Source of the DNA: an uncultured Pseudomonadota bacterium
GTDB taxonomy: Bacteria; Oederibacteriota; Muellerivitia; Muellerivitales; Muellerivitaceae
Direction: 5' to 3'
Assembly (NCBI GenBank): GCA_963843375.1
Contig: CAWJKT010000009.1
Coordinates: forward strand, 224,001 to 288,000
DNA: 64,000 bases
How positions within the stretch are numbered: the first letter of the stretch is position 1; each line of letters opens with the position of its first letter. Shown here piece by piece: positions 50,181 through 60,735 of this stretch. The notes under the pieces are model-generated. The model did not search any database. It was not told the origin of the DNA and saw only the letters and a list, made by a program, of their open reading frames with translations. The translations under genes were made by a program, and so were the position numbers.

Positions 50181-50495
50181 ATGCCTCCAACAGGTTATCA
50201 AAAAGCTGCGGATTTGAAAAACCTTGAGGACGGCAAATCCATCGAGGTGGAATTAGGTCCCTTACCCCTTCTTCTGCATCGCCGGGGTGATCAAGTGTTT
50301 GCTACCGGGGTTTATTGCGCCCATCAGGATGTGCGCTTAAACCCAGCCAATTGCGCGGGTGATACCATCCTTTGCACGGCCCATGGATATCGTATGAATA
50401 TCCGAACAGGGGCCTGCCTTAATGAAGACGACCTCTTTCTACCCACTTATCCAACCTCTATCGAGAATAACGATGTCTGGGTGAAGTTGAGATAA
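50181..50495 (+). CDS. Rieske [2Fe-2S] ferredoxin
   Basis: CAH and CTAHG ligand motifs. Confidence 0.85.
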   Translation: MPPTGYQKAADLKNLEDGKSIEVELGPLPLLLHRRGDQVFATGVYCAHQDVRLNPANCAGDTILCTAHGYRMNIRTGACLNEDDLFLPTYPTSIENNDVWVKLR

Positions 50496-50541
50496 AAGGG
50501 TGATAGAATCTCGCCCACTTGTCCTTAGAAAGGAATTCCGT

Positions 50542-52186
50542 GTGCTATTCTTCAAACCCTTTGAAAGTTTTTTAAATATCCGTAAGTTATTTTTTGTTTT
50601 CTGTTTCATTTTGGCATCCACCGCCTTGGCGAAGCCAAAGGCTTTTGAATTATATCCGGCAACCAATGATGCCACACCTTCTGCTTATACAAAGGCGGCG
50701 CCTGAATATCCAACCAACGGTAAAAAATGGAAATTTTCCAAGGGCGCACTGGTCAACGTCAAGGTGGATGCTTCCCAGGTATCCAAAGCCATCACACCCT
50801 ATCAGTTGGGCGGGAACATCGATTGGTGGGACGGCAAGGATTGGGCTCTTGATAAAGATCGGATCGAAAAGGTAAAGCAGGCGGGCATCAAGTTTTGGCG
50901 CTTCCCGGGGGGGAGCAGTTCAGACAGCTACCATTGGGACGGAAATTACGGCAAACATCTGAAGGAAAGCAGCGGTGGTGACGCAACCCGCATGACCGGA
51001 CCAGGCATGATTTTGACGGATGACTTCATCGAATTCTGCCGCCAAACCGGTTCGGAAGCCATTGTGACGGTCAATTATGCTGCCGCCCGCTACGCCAGTC
51101 CCCAATACGCGGCGGATATGGCCGCCCGTTGGGTGAAATATTTCAACGTCGACAAGAAATTCAAGGTCCGTTATTGGGAAGTTGGGAACGAAGTTTATGG
51201 CCCATGGGAAGAGGGTAACAAGATGCAGGGTGTTTCCCAACTGACGGGGGAGGTTTATGGCAAGGATTTCAAGGTGATCGCCGCGGCAATGAAAAAAATT
51301 GATCCGGATATTTATATCGGCGCAGTCGCAGTGGACACGGATGATGGCGCCGATTGGACAGGATTTCACTGGTGGATGAAGGGCCTCCTGCCTCAGCTTC
51401 AGGGCAAGGCCGATTACTTAATCCTTCATCAGTATTTTATGTGGCCGTTCAACGGCGATGCCTATACCAACCCGAAGAACGAAGTTCTTTTTGGAGACCT
51501 TCAAAAGTTGGAAAGCGCGAAGGAGGCCGAGGAAAAAATGGTCTACAATTACGCTCCCGGGGAAATGGACATTCCAGTAGCCTTGACCGAGTTCAATTTG
51601 GTCAACGCCTCTCCCCCCCAAAGCATTCAACTCATTAATGGTCTTTTCACGGCGGAAGTTTTAGGTGAAGCTGCTAAGACGGGATATGTAGCCACCAACT
51701 ACTGGGACCTAAAAAACGGGCTGGATGGAAAACTTAAGGGCGATATGGCTCTTTTGGCGTCGGGCGATTCTTCGGTGCCGGACAGCGACTCCCCGGCCTT
51801 CTTATTATTCTTTCGCCCTTTGTTCCCGTGCTTTTGGCGACCATTTGGTCGCATCAGAAAGTTCCGATTCACAAGTCAAAGTCTATGCCAGTAAGTTCGC
51901 GGGCGGGGAAATCGGCTTGGTCATCGTCAATGAAGACTCCAAGGCCCGAACCCTCGCTTTGGACCTAAAGGGATTCAGCCCCCAAGGCAAACTGATGGGG
52001 TGGATTTTGACGGGCAAAGACCTTAATGGCAATCAAGTTTCCTGGAACGGTGTGAATGGTCCCCAAGGCGGCGGCGGGCCATTTCCCATCGATTCAATAC
52101 CGGCCTACCAATTGAAATTTAATCCCCAAAAACCGGTTCGATTAAATATTCCGTCCGCATCAGCCTCTGGCGTTATTCTTTATTGA
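50542..52186 (+). CDS. Secreted clan-A glycoside hydrolase (GH51/GH44-like); one-base frameshift near 51785
   Basis: RFPGGS.SD.Y.W, YWEVGNE, ALTEFN; C-terminus continues in ORF 51725-52186, collinear with the downstream paralogue. Confidence 0.8.
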
Positions 52187-52250
52187 TTTCCGAGCTTTCT
52201 TCTGAAGGCCTTGGCGTTTCTGTTATTTTTTCCGTTCGAAAGGGATTGTA

Positions 52251-53870
52251 ATGTTATTGCCACTGATTATTTTGTTCCTGCTGTTGAGCCCATTGGTCCA
52301 GGCTGCCGGTCCCAAGCCTTTTGAGCTTTGGCCGGTCACCAATGATGCCGCCCCGACTACTTTTTCCAAAGTTGCGCCTTCTTTTCAGCCGATCGGAAAA
52401 CAATGGAAGTTTGCCTATGGCCCCAAGGGTTCCGAAATAGAAGTGAAAATCGACGCAACCCAAGTTCTTCACCCAATCACGCCCTATCAATTTGGAAACA
52501 ACCTGGCTTGGTGGGACGGCAAAGGCTGGCTATTGGATCCGGATCGCATTGAAAAAGCGAAAGAAGCCGGAATCCGGTTCTGGCGATGGCCGGGTGGAAG
52601 CTCTTCGGATGTATATCATTGGGACAACAAATATGACCGGCCCCCCCAGAAGGAAACAAACCCCGCGCACATGAACGAACCTTGGGCTGTTTCTACGGAC
52701 GATTTCATCGAGTTCTGTCGTCAGACGGGTTCGGAAGCCATTGTGACGGCCAATTACGCCTCGGCGCGCTACGCCGACGTGCAATATGCGGCGGACATGG
52801 CTGCCCGCTGGGTTAAATATTTCAATATCGATAAGAAATTCAAAGTCCGTTATTGGGAAATCGGAAATGAGCTTTACGGAAATTGGGAGCAGGGAAACAC
52901 AACGGATGGAAAACCCCAACTGACGGGGGATGCTTATGGAAAAGACTTTCAAGTCATCGCGGCGGCGATGAAAAAAGTCGATCCGGATATTTATATCGGG
53001 GCTGTAGCGTACGAGAAGGATGGAACAGGGGAGTGGGATGGACACCATTCTTGGACAAGGACCCTGATGCCTCAATTGCAGGGAAAGGCCGATTTTCTGA
53101 TTTTGCACCAATATTTCCTGTGGCCCTTTGATTCCTCGGGTCAAAACTTTACCAGCCCGACCAACGATGTCCTTTTGGGCAATCTGCATGGGCTGGATGA
53201 CGATAAGGCCTCTTTGGCCAAAATGGTTGAGGCCTCGGCTCCTTCGGAAAGCGGACTGCCTGTGGCTTTGACGGAGTTTAATTTGATGAACGCCAACGGC
53301 CCCCAGGATATCGAGCTGATAAATGGTATTTATGATGCGGAAGTATTGGGGGAGCATATCAAGGCGGGCTATGTAGCTTCCAATTATTGGGACTGGAAAA
53401 ACGGTTTGGACAAAAAACTTGGTGGTGACATGGCCATGTTGGCTTCGGACGATCCCTCGGAAGCTGATGGCACCCCGCATCCCTCCTATTACACTTACGC
53501 CCTTTATTCCCGGGCCTTCGGCGACAAGATGATCGCCGCGGACAGTTCCGATCCTAGCGTGAAGGTCTATGCCAGCCGATTTGCGGGCGGGGAAGTGGGA
53601 CTCGTCATTGTGAATGAGAATGAGAAAAACCAAACCCTGGTTTTTAACTTCAATGGATTTACACCCCAGGGAAAACTCATGGGTTGGGTCCTGACCGGTC
53701 AAGATTTGAATGAAAAACAGGTTTCATGGAACGGGGAAGCGGGGCCTTTGGGCGGGGGCGGACCCTTTCCCATCAACACGATTCCTCCTTATCGGGGCGC
53801 CTTCAAAACCGATAAGCCTCTTCAACTTCCAATTCAGGCCCGTTCAGTCACAGGAATTATTTTTTACTAA
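52251..53870 (+). CDS. Secreted clan-A glycoside hydrolase (GH51/GH44-like), paralogue of the previous gene
   Basis: RWPGGS.SD.Y.W, YWEIGNE, ALTEFN. Confidence 0.83.
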   Translation: MLLPLIILFLLLSPLVQAAGPKPFELWPVTNDAAPTTFSKVAPSFQPIGKQWKFAYGPKGSEIEVKIDATQVLHPITPYQFGNNLAWWDGKGWLLDPDRIEKAKEAGIRFWRWPGGSSSDVYHWDNKYDRPPQKETNPAHMNEPWAVSTDDFIEFCRQTGSEAIVTANYASARYADVQYAADMAARWVKYFNIDKKFKVRYWEIGNELYGNWEQGNTTDGKPQLTGDAYGKDFQVIAAAMKKVDPDIYIGAVAYEKDGTGEWDGHHSWTRTLMPQLQGKADFLILHQYFLWPFDSSGQNFTSPTNDVLLGNLHGLDDDKASLAKMVEASAPSESGLPVALTEFNLMNANGPQDIELINGIYDAEVLGEHIKAGYVASNYWDWKNGLDKKLGGDMAMLASDDPSEADGTPHPSYYTYALYSRAFGDKMIAADSSDPSVKVYASRFAGGEVGLVIVNENEKNQTLVFNFNGFTPQGKLMGWVLTGQDLNEKQVSWNGEAGPLGGGGPFPINTIPPYRGAFKTDKPLQLPIQARSVTGIIFY

Positions 53871-53885
53871 TTGAGGGAGGGTATT

Positions 53886-55277
53886 GTGGATTCAATTCGT
53901 TTTGGAACCGACGGTTGGCGCGCCAAGATGTCCGAAACCTTTACTTTTCCCAATATCCGCAGGGTGGCTTGCGGTTTGGGCATCACCCTTCGTAAGAAAA
54001 AAAAGGCTTCGAGCGTTTTCATTGGTTATGACACGCGGTTAAATTCGGAGCGTTTTGCCAAGGCGGTTGCGGGTGTTTTGGCTTCCATGGGACACCGGGT
54101 CACCCTGGCCTCCCGCCTTTTGCCGACTCCCGCCCTTTCTTTGGCCGTGAAAGAGAAGAAAGCCGATGCCGGGATCATGATTACGGCCAGCCACAATTCA
54201 GGGGCCTATAATGGTTTCAAGATCAAACTGCCGCCGGGAGTTTCGGCCCCCTCGGAGTTCACTAAACGAGTCGAAAAAAACATTCCTGCCCAAGCACCCG
54301 AAGAGGGCCGCCAAAAGAAAATTAAAAGATCCGATTGGCTTTCCCTTTATTTAAAAGCCCTGAAATCCAAGGTTGACCTTCCCGCCCTTCGTCGTTCGGG
54401 ACTCAAAGTAGTTGTGGATTCCATGCATGGAGTCGGGGAAAAACATTTCGAAAAGCTTGTTTCGGGAGAAAAGACCAAAGTTTTGACCCTTGCTGATCAG
54501 AGAGATGACGATTTTGGGGGACGCCAACCTGAACCAATCGGGCCGAATTTAACCCCTCTTTCCACAGCCATCCGGCAAAACAAGGCGGATATGGGATTCG
54601 CCACGGATGGCGACGGCGATCGGGTTGGAATGATGGATGAAAAAGGCGGGTTTGTGGATGTTCATAAGCTACACGCCATTCTCCTTTATCACCTTTGGGT
54701 CTGCCGGGGTCAGAGGGGAGCGGTGGTGAGGACAGTTTCCGGGACTCTCATGGTGGAAAAGATGGCAAAACGATGGAAGATCCCTCTTTACGAAACTCCT
54801 ATCGGTTTTAAAAATATCGGGGCGGTCATGTTGAAAAAAGACGTCCTTTTGGGCTTAGAGGAAAGCGGTGGCATCGCAGTCAAGGGTCATATTCCTGAGA
54901 GGGATGGGCTTCTTTCCGCGCTTTTGCTGATGGAAGCGCTGGTAACGATGAAAAAATCGGTTACCGAGGCGGTCGCCTTTTTACAAGAGGAATTTGGACC
55001 CTTTTATTACAACCGGGTTGACATGGAAAACATTTCGTTTGATCGCCAACAAAGAATCCTAACCCGTTTGAAAAAAAAGACTCCTGCCCATGTGGCAGGC
55101 CACAAAGTTACCGGACTTCTGACTCTGGATGGCGTGAAACTTAAATTTGAAAATGGCTGGCTTTTGTTCCGGCCCTCCGGCACCGAACCCCTTCTTCGCC
55201 TTTATGCCGAAGCCCCTTCTGAGGAAGAAGTTCAGTCGCTGCTTGAAGCGGCTAAAAAAGAGGCGCTTAAAAGCTAA
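53886..55277 (+). CDS. Phosphoglucomutase/phosphomannomutase
   Basis: FGTDGWR, ITASHN, DGDGDR, EESGG, RPSGTEP. Confidence 0.93.
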   Translation: MDSIRFGTDGWRAKMSETFTFPNIRRVACGLGITLRKKKKASSVFIGYDTRLNSERFAKAVAGVLASMGHRVTLASRLLPTPALSLAVKEKKADAGIMITASHNSGAYNGFKIKLPPGVSAPSEFTKRVEKNIPAQAPEEGRQKKIKRSDWLSLYLKALKSKVDLPALRRSGLKVVVDSMHGVGEKHFEKLVSGEKTKVLTLADQRDDDFGGRQPEPIGPNLTPLSTAIRQNKADMGFATDGDGDRVGMMDEKGGFVDVHKLHAILLYHLWVCRGQRGAVVRTVSGTLMVEKMAKRWKIPLYETPIGFKNIGAVMLKKDVLLGLEESGGIAVKGHIPERDGLLSALLLMEALVTMKKSVTEAVAFLQEEFGPFYYNRVDMENISFDRQQRILTRLKKKTPAHVAGHKVTGLLTLDGVKLKFENGWLLFRPSGTEPLLRLYAEAPSEEEVQSLLEAAKKEALKS

Positions 55278-55418
55278 AGACGTTTCGCGATTGCCAAAGA
55301 CCCTTTAAACAGCCGTAAAGACCAAACTATCAAATGTTTTTGCCCGTTGACGGGTCATACCCCCTCCCGTAAAATCGATTCTCGCCTGTTATTGTTCCAG
55401 CCTTTTGAAGGAGCCGGA

Positions 55419-56693
55419 ATGTTTTTTTCCAAAGAGGTTTTCTTAAGCGCAGCCCTCTTTTCGTTTTTTACCTTAAACGCTCTTTGGGCGGATCAGGAAC
55501 AAAGCCAGTATTTTTTTGATAAGGGCAATATTTATAAGAACGAAAAAAGGATGGAAACGGCCATCCAGTATTATAAAGAATCCCTCGAACAGAATCCCTA
55601 TAACGCCCAAGCGCATAACAATCTCGGGGAGCTTTATGCCCGGAAAAACATGATCGATGACGCCATGGTGCAATTCGACAAGGCGCTCGAACTCCAACCC
55701 GGGTATGTGGAGGCCCTTTCAAACATGTCCTTCGCTTATCTTCAAAAGAAGGGGTTTGTCCAGGCCGTCCTTTACGCCAAAAAAGCCTTGAAGATTGATC
55801 CTGAATTTGGCTCGGCCCATTACAACTTGGGAATGGCCTATTACTTTATGGGTCAATATTCCGCGGCTCTTCTCGAATTGAAACTAGCGGTTCGGTCTTT
55901 CCCGGATAACGCTGAAATTTATGAGAGGTTGGGGGATGCCTACCGGGCACAAAGCCGTAATGAAGAAGCGGTCGCCTATTACCATCAGGCGATCCGGGTC
56001 GATCCCTTGGATGCCAGCTGCCGGTCCAAATTGGGGGATATTTACCTGGACGAGGACGAGGAGAAAAAAGCGGTTGAACAGTACAAAGCTTCAGAGGATT
56101 TGGAGCCTAACAACATTGAATCACGTTACAAGATGGCGGACTATTATGAAAGTATTCGGGATTGGGACAACGCCCGCAGGGAATATTTATTGATTCTCGC
56201 TACCGATGATTTACAGGCCCGTGCCCACAAACAAGTGGCTTTGATTTTTGAGAGAAATGAACAAGTTGGCTTGGCGCTTTACCACTGGGACAAGTACCTG
56301 GAAATCGTACCGAATGATCCCGAGGCTAAACAGCATATTAGCGATATCCGAAAGCCCATGTTGACGAAAAAACAAGCTGAGGAAATGGCGAAATTCGATA
56401 ACAAACTCGCCCAATCCCATATGCTTCCAACCCCGACGCAAGTTCCCCCTTCTCAAAGCGCAAAACCATCTGCTCCGGTAGTTCAAAGCCAGGACACCAC
56501 CTCCACGAATACAAGTGCCACCGTTCCGGACGCGTCTTCGGCCCAAAACCAACAGGCTGGTGCGTCCGCGTCCAATTCGCCGGCGCCCCCGCCCGCTGGA
56601 ACAGCGCCGACACCCACCCCTTCCGCTCAATTAGTGCCGGTGCAAATTGTGATGCCCACTCCCACTTCCGAGATGGGCGTTCTTCCAAAATGA
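55419..56693 (+). CDS. Secreted TPR protein
   Basis: Signal peptide, many TPRs (AHNNLG, AHYNLG), Pro/Ser/Thr tail. Confidence 0.85.
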   Translation: MFFSKEVFLSAALFSFFTLNALWADQEQSQYFFDKGNIYKNEKRMETAIQYYKESLEQNPYNAQAHNNLGELYARKNMIDDAMVQFDKALELQPGYVEALSNMSFAYLQKKGFVQAVLYAKKALKIDPEFGSAHYNLGMAYYFMGQYSAALLELKLAVRSFPDNAEIYERLGDAYRAQSRNEEAVAYYHQAIRVDPLDASCRSKLGDIYLDEDEEKKAVEQYKASEDLEPNNIESRYKMADYYESIRDWDNARREYLLILATDDLQARAHKQVALIFERNEQVGLALYHWDKYLEIVPNDPEAKQHISDIRKPMLTKKQAEEMAKFDNKLAQSHMLPTPTQVPPSQSAKPSAPVVQSQDTTSTNTSATVPDASSAQNQQAGASASNSPAPPPAGTAPTPTPSAQLVPVQIVMPTPTSEMGVLPK

Positions 56694-56806
56694 CGATGGT
56701 TGGCGACACCCGACTATCCGTTTTCAACAAATAATCGAAATTCATGGCTTGAAAAATTGGTCCGGGATTATGAAGATTGCAGATAATAAATAAAATTGGA
56801 GAATCG

Positions 56807-57532
56807 ATGAAATTCGCCGTTTTGCTTCCGGTTTATAATGAGGCGCCCACCTTGGAAAGGGTTGTGAAAAAGTTAGATTCCTTTAAAGAGGCGGATATCG
56901 TCATTGTCGATGATGGTTCCACGGATGCGACTCCTTCCATTCTGGAACGCCTGGCGGTGAAGGCCATTATCCGGCACCCAGAAAACGTGGGTTATGGAAA
57001 GTCCCTGATGGATGGGTTCGATTTCGCCAAAACAAATGACTACCGCTATTGCGTAACCATGGATGCCGACGAACAACATGAGCCGGGCTTCATTCCCTGC
57101 TTACTTGAGCAGCTGGAAAAATTCGATATTGTTTCCGGGAGCCGTTACCTGAATCCGTTGCTTTCCTCGGATGCGCCGCCGCCCGAGCGTTTGGAAGTCA
57201 ACCGGGTGATCACCGAGAAACTGCGCAAGCTGACGGGTTATAACCTCACGGATAGTTTTTGCGGCTTCAAGGGTTATCGGGTTGATGGATTGAGGAAACT
57301 CCACTTGACCGAGACGAATTATGGATTTCCCATTCAATTTTGGCTCCAGGCGGCTAAAGCCGGATTGAGGGTGACCGAATGCGCTGTTCCCCTGATTTAC
57401 AAAGACCATAGCCGCAACTTTAACAATCAATTTGCCAATCGAGATGAACGTTTAAACCACTATTTACAGGTCATGGAAAGTGAAGCCGAAAAATTAGGCC
57501 TTTCTTCTTCTCTTTCCGCCGTAAAAAAATAG
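56807..57532 (+). CDS. GT2 (DPM1-like) glycosyltransferase
   Basis: LPVYNE, VDDGSTD, MDAD.QH, VSGSRY, D.FCGFK. Confidence 0.9.
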   Translation: MKFAVLLPVYNEAPTLERVVKKLDSFKEADIVIVDDGSTDATPSILERLAVKAIIRHPENVGYGKSLMDGFDFAKTNDYRYCVTMDADEQHEPGFIPCLLEQLEKFDIVSGSRYLNPLLSSDAPPPERLEVNRVITEKLRKLTGYNLTDSFCGFKGYRVDGLRKLHLTETNYGFPIQFWLQAAKAGLRVTECAVPLIYKDHSRNFNNQFANRDERLNHYLQVMESEAEKLGLSSSLSAVKK

Positions 57533-57579
57533 AATAAGTAAGCTTTCCATCAAATACCGCCTGTACTAAAGGGTCTCTC

Positions 57580-59169
57580 ATGACCGCACCAACCGATAGG
57601 ATCCCGAAAGGTCATGGAGAACTTTATTTTGACCCGCCCCTGGACCAGTGGAAGGAAGAAGCGCTTCGTAACCGGGAAAGATTGGTAAAGGAGTCGTTTT
57701 GGGGACAATCGCCTCTCAAGGTCCGGGCCGCCATGAAACTTCCCACCGACCATCCCTTGATCTTCTCGGGCCACCAGCCGGTTTTTTTCCATCCCGGTCT
57801 TTGGGTGAAATGTCTTGCCGCCAGCACCTTGGCCGAGGCCGTCCAGGGCACGGCCATCCACAAGGTAACGGATACGGCCCTGGTACCGGAACACCTTCAC
57901 TATATTCCGGAAGTGGAGGATAACGGCAAATCCCGGAAGAAAATTCTTGAGTTTTTCACCGGCAAGGACCTGAAACAACAGGAAAAAATAACCCCCTATT
58001 GTTTTCTTCCGGCTCCCGATCACACAGCTTTGGATAAGATTTTTTCGGACGCGCAGGTTTATTGTCCTTCCCCCGTCAAGGCCAACATCAAGGAATATGA
58101 GGAAAAAATATTAAAGGGCCTTCAAAAGAACGCCACCTGGAACACTTTCCATCTTTCGGCGTTGCGCATACTGGACCAGCTTTGCGGAACCCAGCGACTT
58201 TATTTGGAAGCGAGTAAAATCTGGACCTTTGAGCCTTTTTATTTTTTTGTGGCCCAATGGCTCAGAAATCTGCCCGAACTGAACGATTGTTACAACCAAT
58301 CCCTGGATGAATACCGGAAAAAATACGGCATCACCCATGATTTGGAACCTATGCCAAATCTTAAATTCGAGAATTGGTGGTTTGAGATACCCTTCTGGGG
58401 CGCTACGAAATACCATCAGCGTCATTCCCTCTGGGCCAAGAACGACGGAAAACATATCATCCTGAAGATCAAGGGCGGGGAGGGCACCTATTCTTTATCT
58501 CTTGACGATCCCCAAAAGGACTTGAGCACCCTGAATATCTCAATCTGGCCCAAAGCGATCCCGCAAACCCTTTTTTGCCGCATGTATCTTTGCGACTTTT
58601 TTATCCATGGGACCGGGGGGGCCGTATACGAGGAAGTAGGCGACATGATGTTTTCCAGGTATTTCAAACTGAAGCCGCTTTCTTTCGGCGTGGCGACCGG
58701 CACTTACCTGGTGGATCCGAAGGAAAGTCGCGGAGTGGATATGGTTCTTGCTTACGAGGAAAAAATACTGGCTTGGGAAAGGGCGCTGGAAAAAAATCCA
58801 GAATACTTATTTTCCAAACAAGAGGACTGGAAACGGGACTTGCCGGTTTTTATGCACCCGGCTTTTCAGGAATGCGCCAACAATCCCGCATTGCAGAAAC
58901 TGGCCCTTGAAAAAGACCGATTAATAGGATTGCTCAAAGACCCAGCCCACCGTGGTCAGGCTTCCGCTAAAATAAAGGATGTTAATTTTGCCCTGTATAA
59001 CAACTATACGGAAGTGCTAAAGGTCCTGGAAAAGGGTCTTTTGGATGTTGGCAAAGTCAGAGACACGAAAGAAGTTCTCGCTTTCCGGGAATATCCTTTT
59101 TTCTGTTATCCCCCAGAAATCTTTACTGACATGAAGGAAAAGGTAAGGCTCGCCGCCCATCCAGCGTAA
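57580..59169 (+). CDS. Conserved hypothetical protein, possibly BshC-like
   Basis: SGHQP..FHPG.W.K and FIHG.GG..Y motifs. Confidence 0.5.
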   Translation: MTAPTDRIPKGHGELYFDPPLDQWKEEALRNRERLVKESFWGQSPLKVRAAMKLPTDHPLIFSGHQPVFFHPGLWVKCLAASTLAEAVQGTAIHKVTDTALVPEHLHYIPEVEDNGKSRKKILEFFTGKDLKQQEKITPYCFLPAPDHTALDKIFSDAQVYCPSPVKANIKEYEEKILKGLQKNATWNTFHLSALRILDQLCGTQRLYLEASKIWTFEPFYFFVAQWLRNLPELNDCYNQSLDEYRKKYGITHDLEPMPNLKFENWWFEIPFWGATKYHQRHSLWAKNDGKHIILKIKGGEGTYSLSLDDPQKDLSTLNISIWPKAIPQTLFCRMYLCDFFIHGTGGAVYEEVGDMMFSRYFKLKPLSFGVATGTYLVDPKESRGVDMVLAYEEKILAWERALEKNPEYLFSKQEDWKRDLPVFMHPAFQECANNPALQKLALEKDRLIGLLKDPAHRGQASAKIKDVNFALYNNYTEVLKVLEKGLLDVGKVRDTKEVLAFREYPFFCYPPEIFTDMKEKVRLAAHPA

Positions 59170-59190
59170 TCCCTCTTCAGGAAAGATCCC

Positions 59191-59643
59191 ATGGAAAAAC
59201 CTGTTTTAAAAATCGAAGTATTGCCTGGCCAAGAAGATTTGGGCCTCCCCTCCTATGCCACCGAAGGCGCCGCGGGATTGGATTTAAAAGCGGCCTTGCC
59301 CGAACCGCTAACCTTGAAGCCGGGCGAAAGGGGAGTTGTTCCCACGGGACTTAAAATGGCCATACCCCAAGGGTTTGAAGGCTGTGTGCGGCCCCGCAGT
59401 GGACTGGCCATGAAGCAGGGATTGACCCTGACCAACGCGCCTGGAACCATTGATTCCGATTACCGGGGTGAGGTGAAAGTACTAGTCATCAATTTGGGCC
59501 AAGAGCCGGTGGTGTTGAAAAGGGGAGACCGAATCGCCCAGCTTCTCATTTCCCCCGTGGCCCAAGTCCAAGTGGTCAAGGTGGAACAGGTGAACGATAC
59601 GGTCCGTGGGACGGGCGGATTCGGTCATACGGGTATTCAATAA
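59191..59643 (+). CDS. dut: dUTP diphosphatase
   Basis: AGLDL, RPRSGLA, GTIDSDYRGE, RIAQL, RG.GGFG.TG. Confidence 0.96.
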   Translation: MEKPVLKIEVLPGQEDLGLPSYATEGAAGLDLKAALPEPLTLKPGERGVVPTGLKMAIPQGFEGCVRPRSGLAMKQGLTLTNAPGTIDSDYRGEVKVLVINLGQEPVVLKRGDRIAQLLISPVAQVQVVKVEQVNDTVRGTGGFGHTGIQ

Positions 59644-59676
59644 AAATATCTTTAGCTGCGAAAGCGCGTCAAGACT

Positions 59677-60735
59677 ATGAAAAGCATGAACGATATCCGT
59701 CCCGTGGGATTTAACCTGGGAGGCTGGCTTTCCCAATCGACCCTTGAGGACAAACACACCAAAAGCTTTATCAAAAAAGAAGATTTCAAAATCATGGCGG
59801 ACTGGGGTTTTAATTCCGTGCGCCTGCCGGTGGATGGCGCCTGGCTTTTTGAGGATGGGGGACTGGGGGCCCTTTCCAAAAAACGGCTCGCCGTGTTGAA
59901 AAAAATTTTAAATTGGTCCAAAGAAGCCGGATTACTCACCATTCTGGATCTGCACCAGATTCCTTGGCATTCCTTCGCGAAGCCCGAACTTGAAAATTTG
60001 TGGAAAAACGAGGAAGATTTAGACACTTTTTGCCAAGCCTGGGTGGAGTTGGCCCACGCGCTAAAGAGGGTGGATACCCCGATCTGGTTTGATGTCTTGA
60101 ACGAACCGACGGCCCGAAATTCCGATGATTGGAACCACGTAGCTTCCCGAATTTATCGTGCTCTTCGCATGGAAGACCCGAAAAGGGTTGTGATGATCGA
60201 GTCCGCTTTTTGGGGTTCCGCCCTCCGGTTGAAGGATTTAGCCGAATCGGTCCAGGGTCCGAACTTGGTTTATAGTTTTCATTTTTATTTGCCAATGCTG
60301 ATCACGCATCAAAAGGCCCCCTGGTGGATGGACGGGAAGCCGTACCAAGAGGAAGTGTCTTACCCCGGGCCTATTCCGAAAGCCCAGGAATATCTGGCTG
60401 GTGATTTACCGCCGGGTACTCGGGAGATTTTGGCTTTCGAGAGCGGTCAGCCCTGGAATAAGGAACGGCTGCGGGAAACGCTTAAGCAAGTGGCCCAGTT
60501 ATCCAAGGAAGGAAACCGCCTTTATTGCGGGGAGTTCGGGGTCTTTGAAAAGGTGGCCCGGAAAACCCGGTTGAACTGGGTGAGTGATGTGGTAAGCCTG
60601 TTTTCCGAGATGAAAGTGGGTTGGGCCTATTGGAATTATAAGTGGCTGGATTTCGGGATTTGGCCCCCGGCAGGTGAGGGAAAAACGGGACCCTTGGACG
60701 AGGAAATGTTAAACCTATTGAAAGCGGGCACCTAA
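59677..60735 (+). CDS. GH5 family glycoside hydrolase
   Basis: G.NLGGW, GFN.VRLP, LDLH, LNEP, FHFY, CGEFG, GWAYW. Confidence 0.9.
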   Translation: MKSMNDIRPVGFNLGGWLSQSTLEDKHTKSFIKKEDFKIMADWGFNSVRLPVDGAWLFEDGGLGALSKKRLAVLKKILNWSKEAGLLTILDLHQIPWHSFAKPELENLWKNEEDLDTFCQAWVELAHALKRVDTPIWFDVLNEPTARNSDDWNHVASRIYRALRMEDPKRVVMIESAFWGSALRLKDLAESVQGPNLVYSFHFYLPMLITHQKAPWWMDGKPYQEEVSYPGPIPKAQEYLAGDLPPGTREILAFESGQPWNKERLRETLKQVAQLSKEGNRLYCGEFGVFEKVARKTRLNWVSDVVSLFSEMKVGWAYWNYKWLDFGIWPPAGEGKTGPLDEEMLNLLKAGT

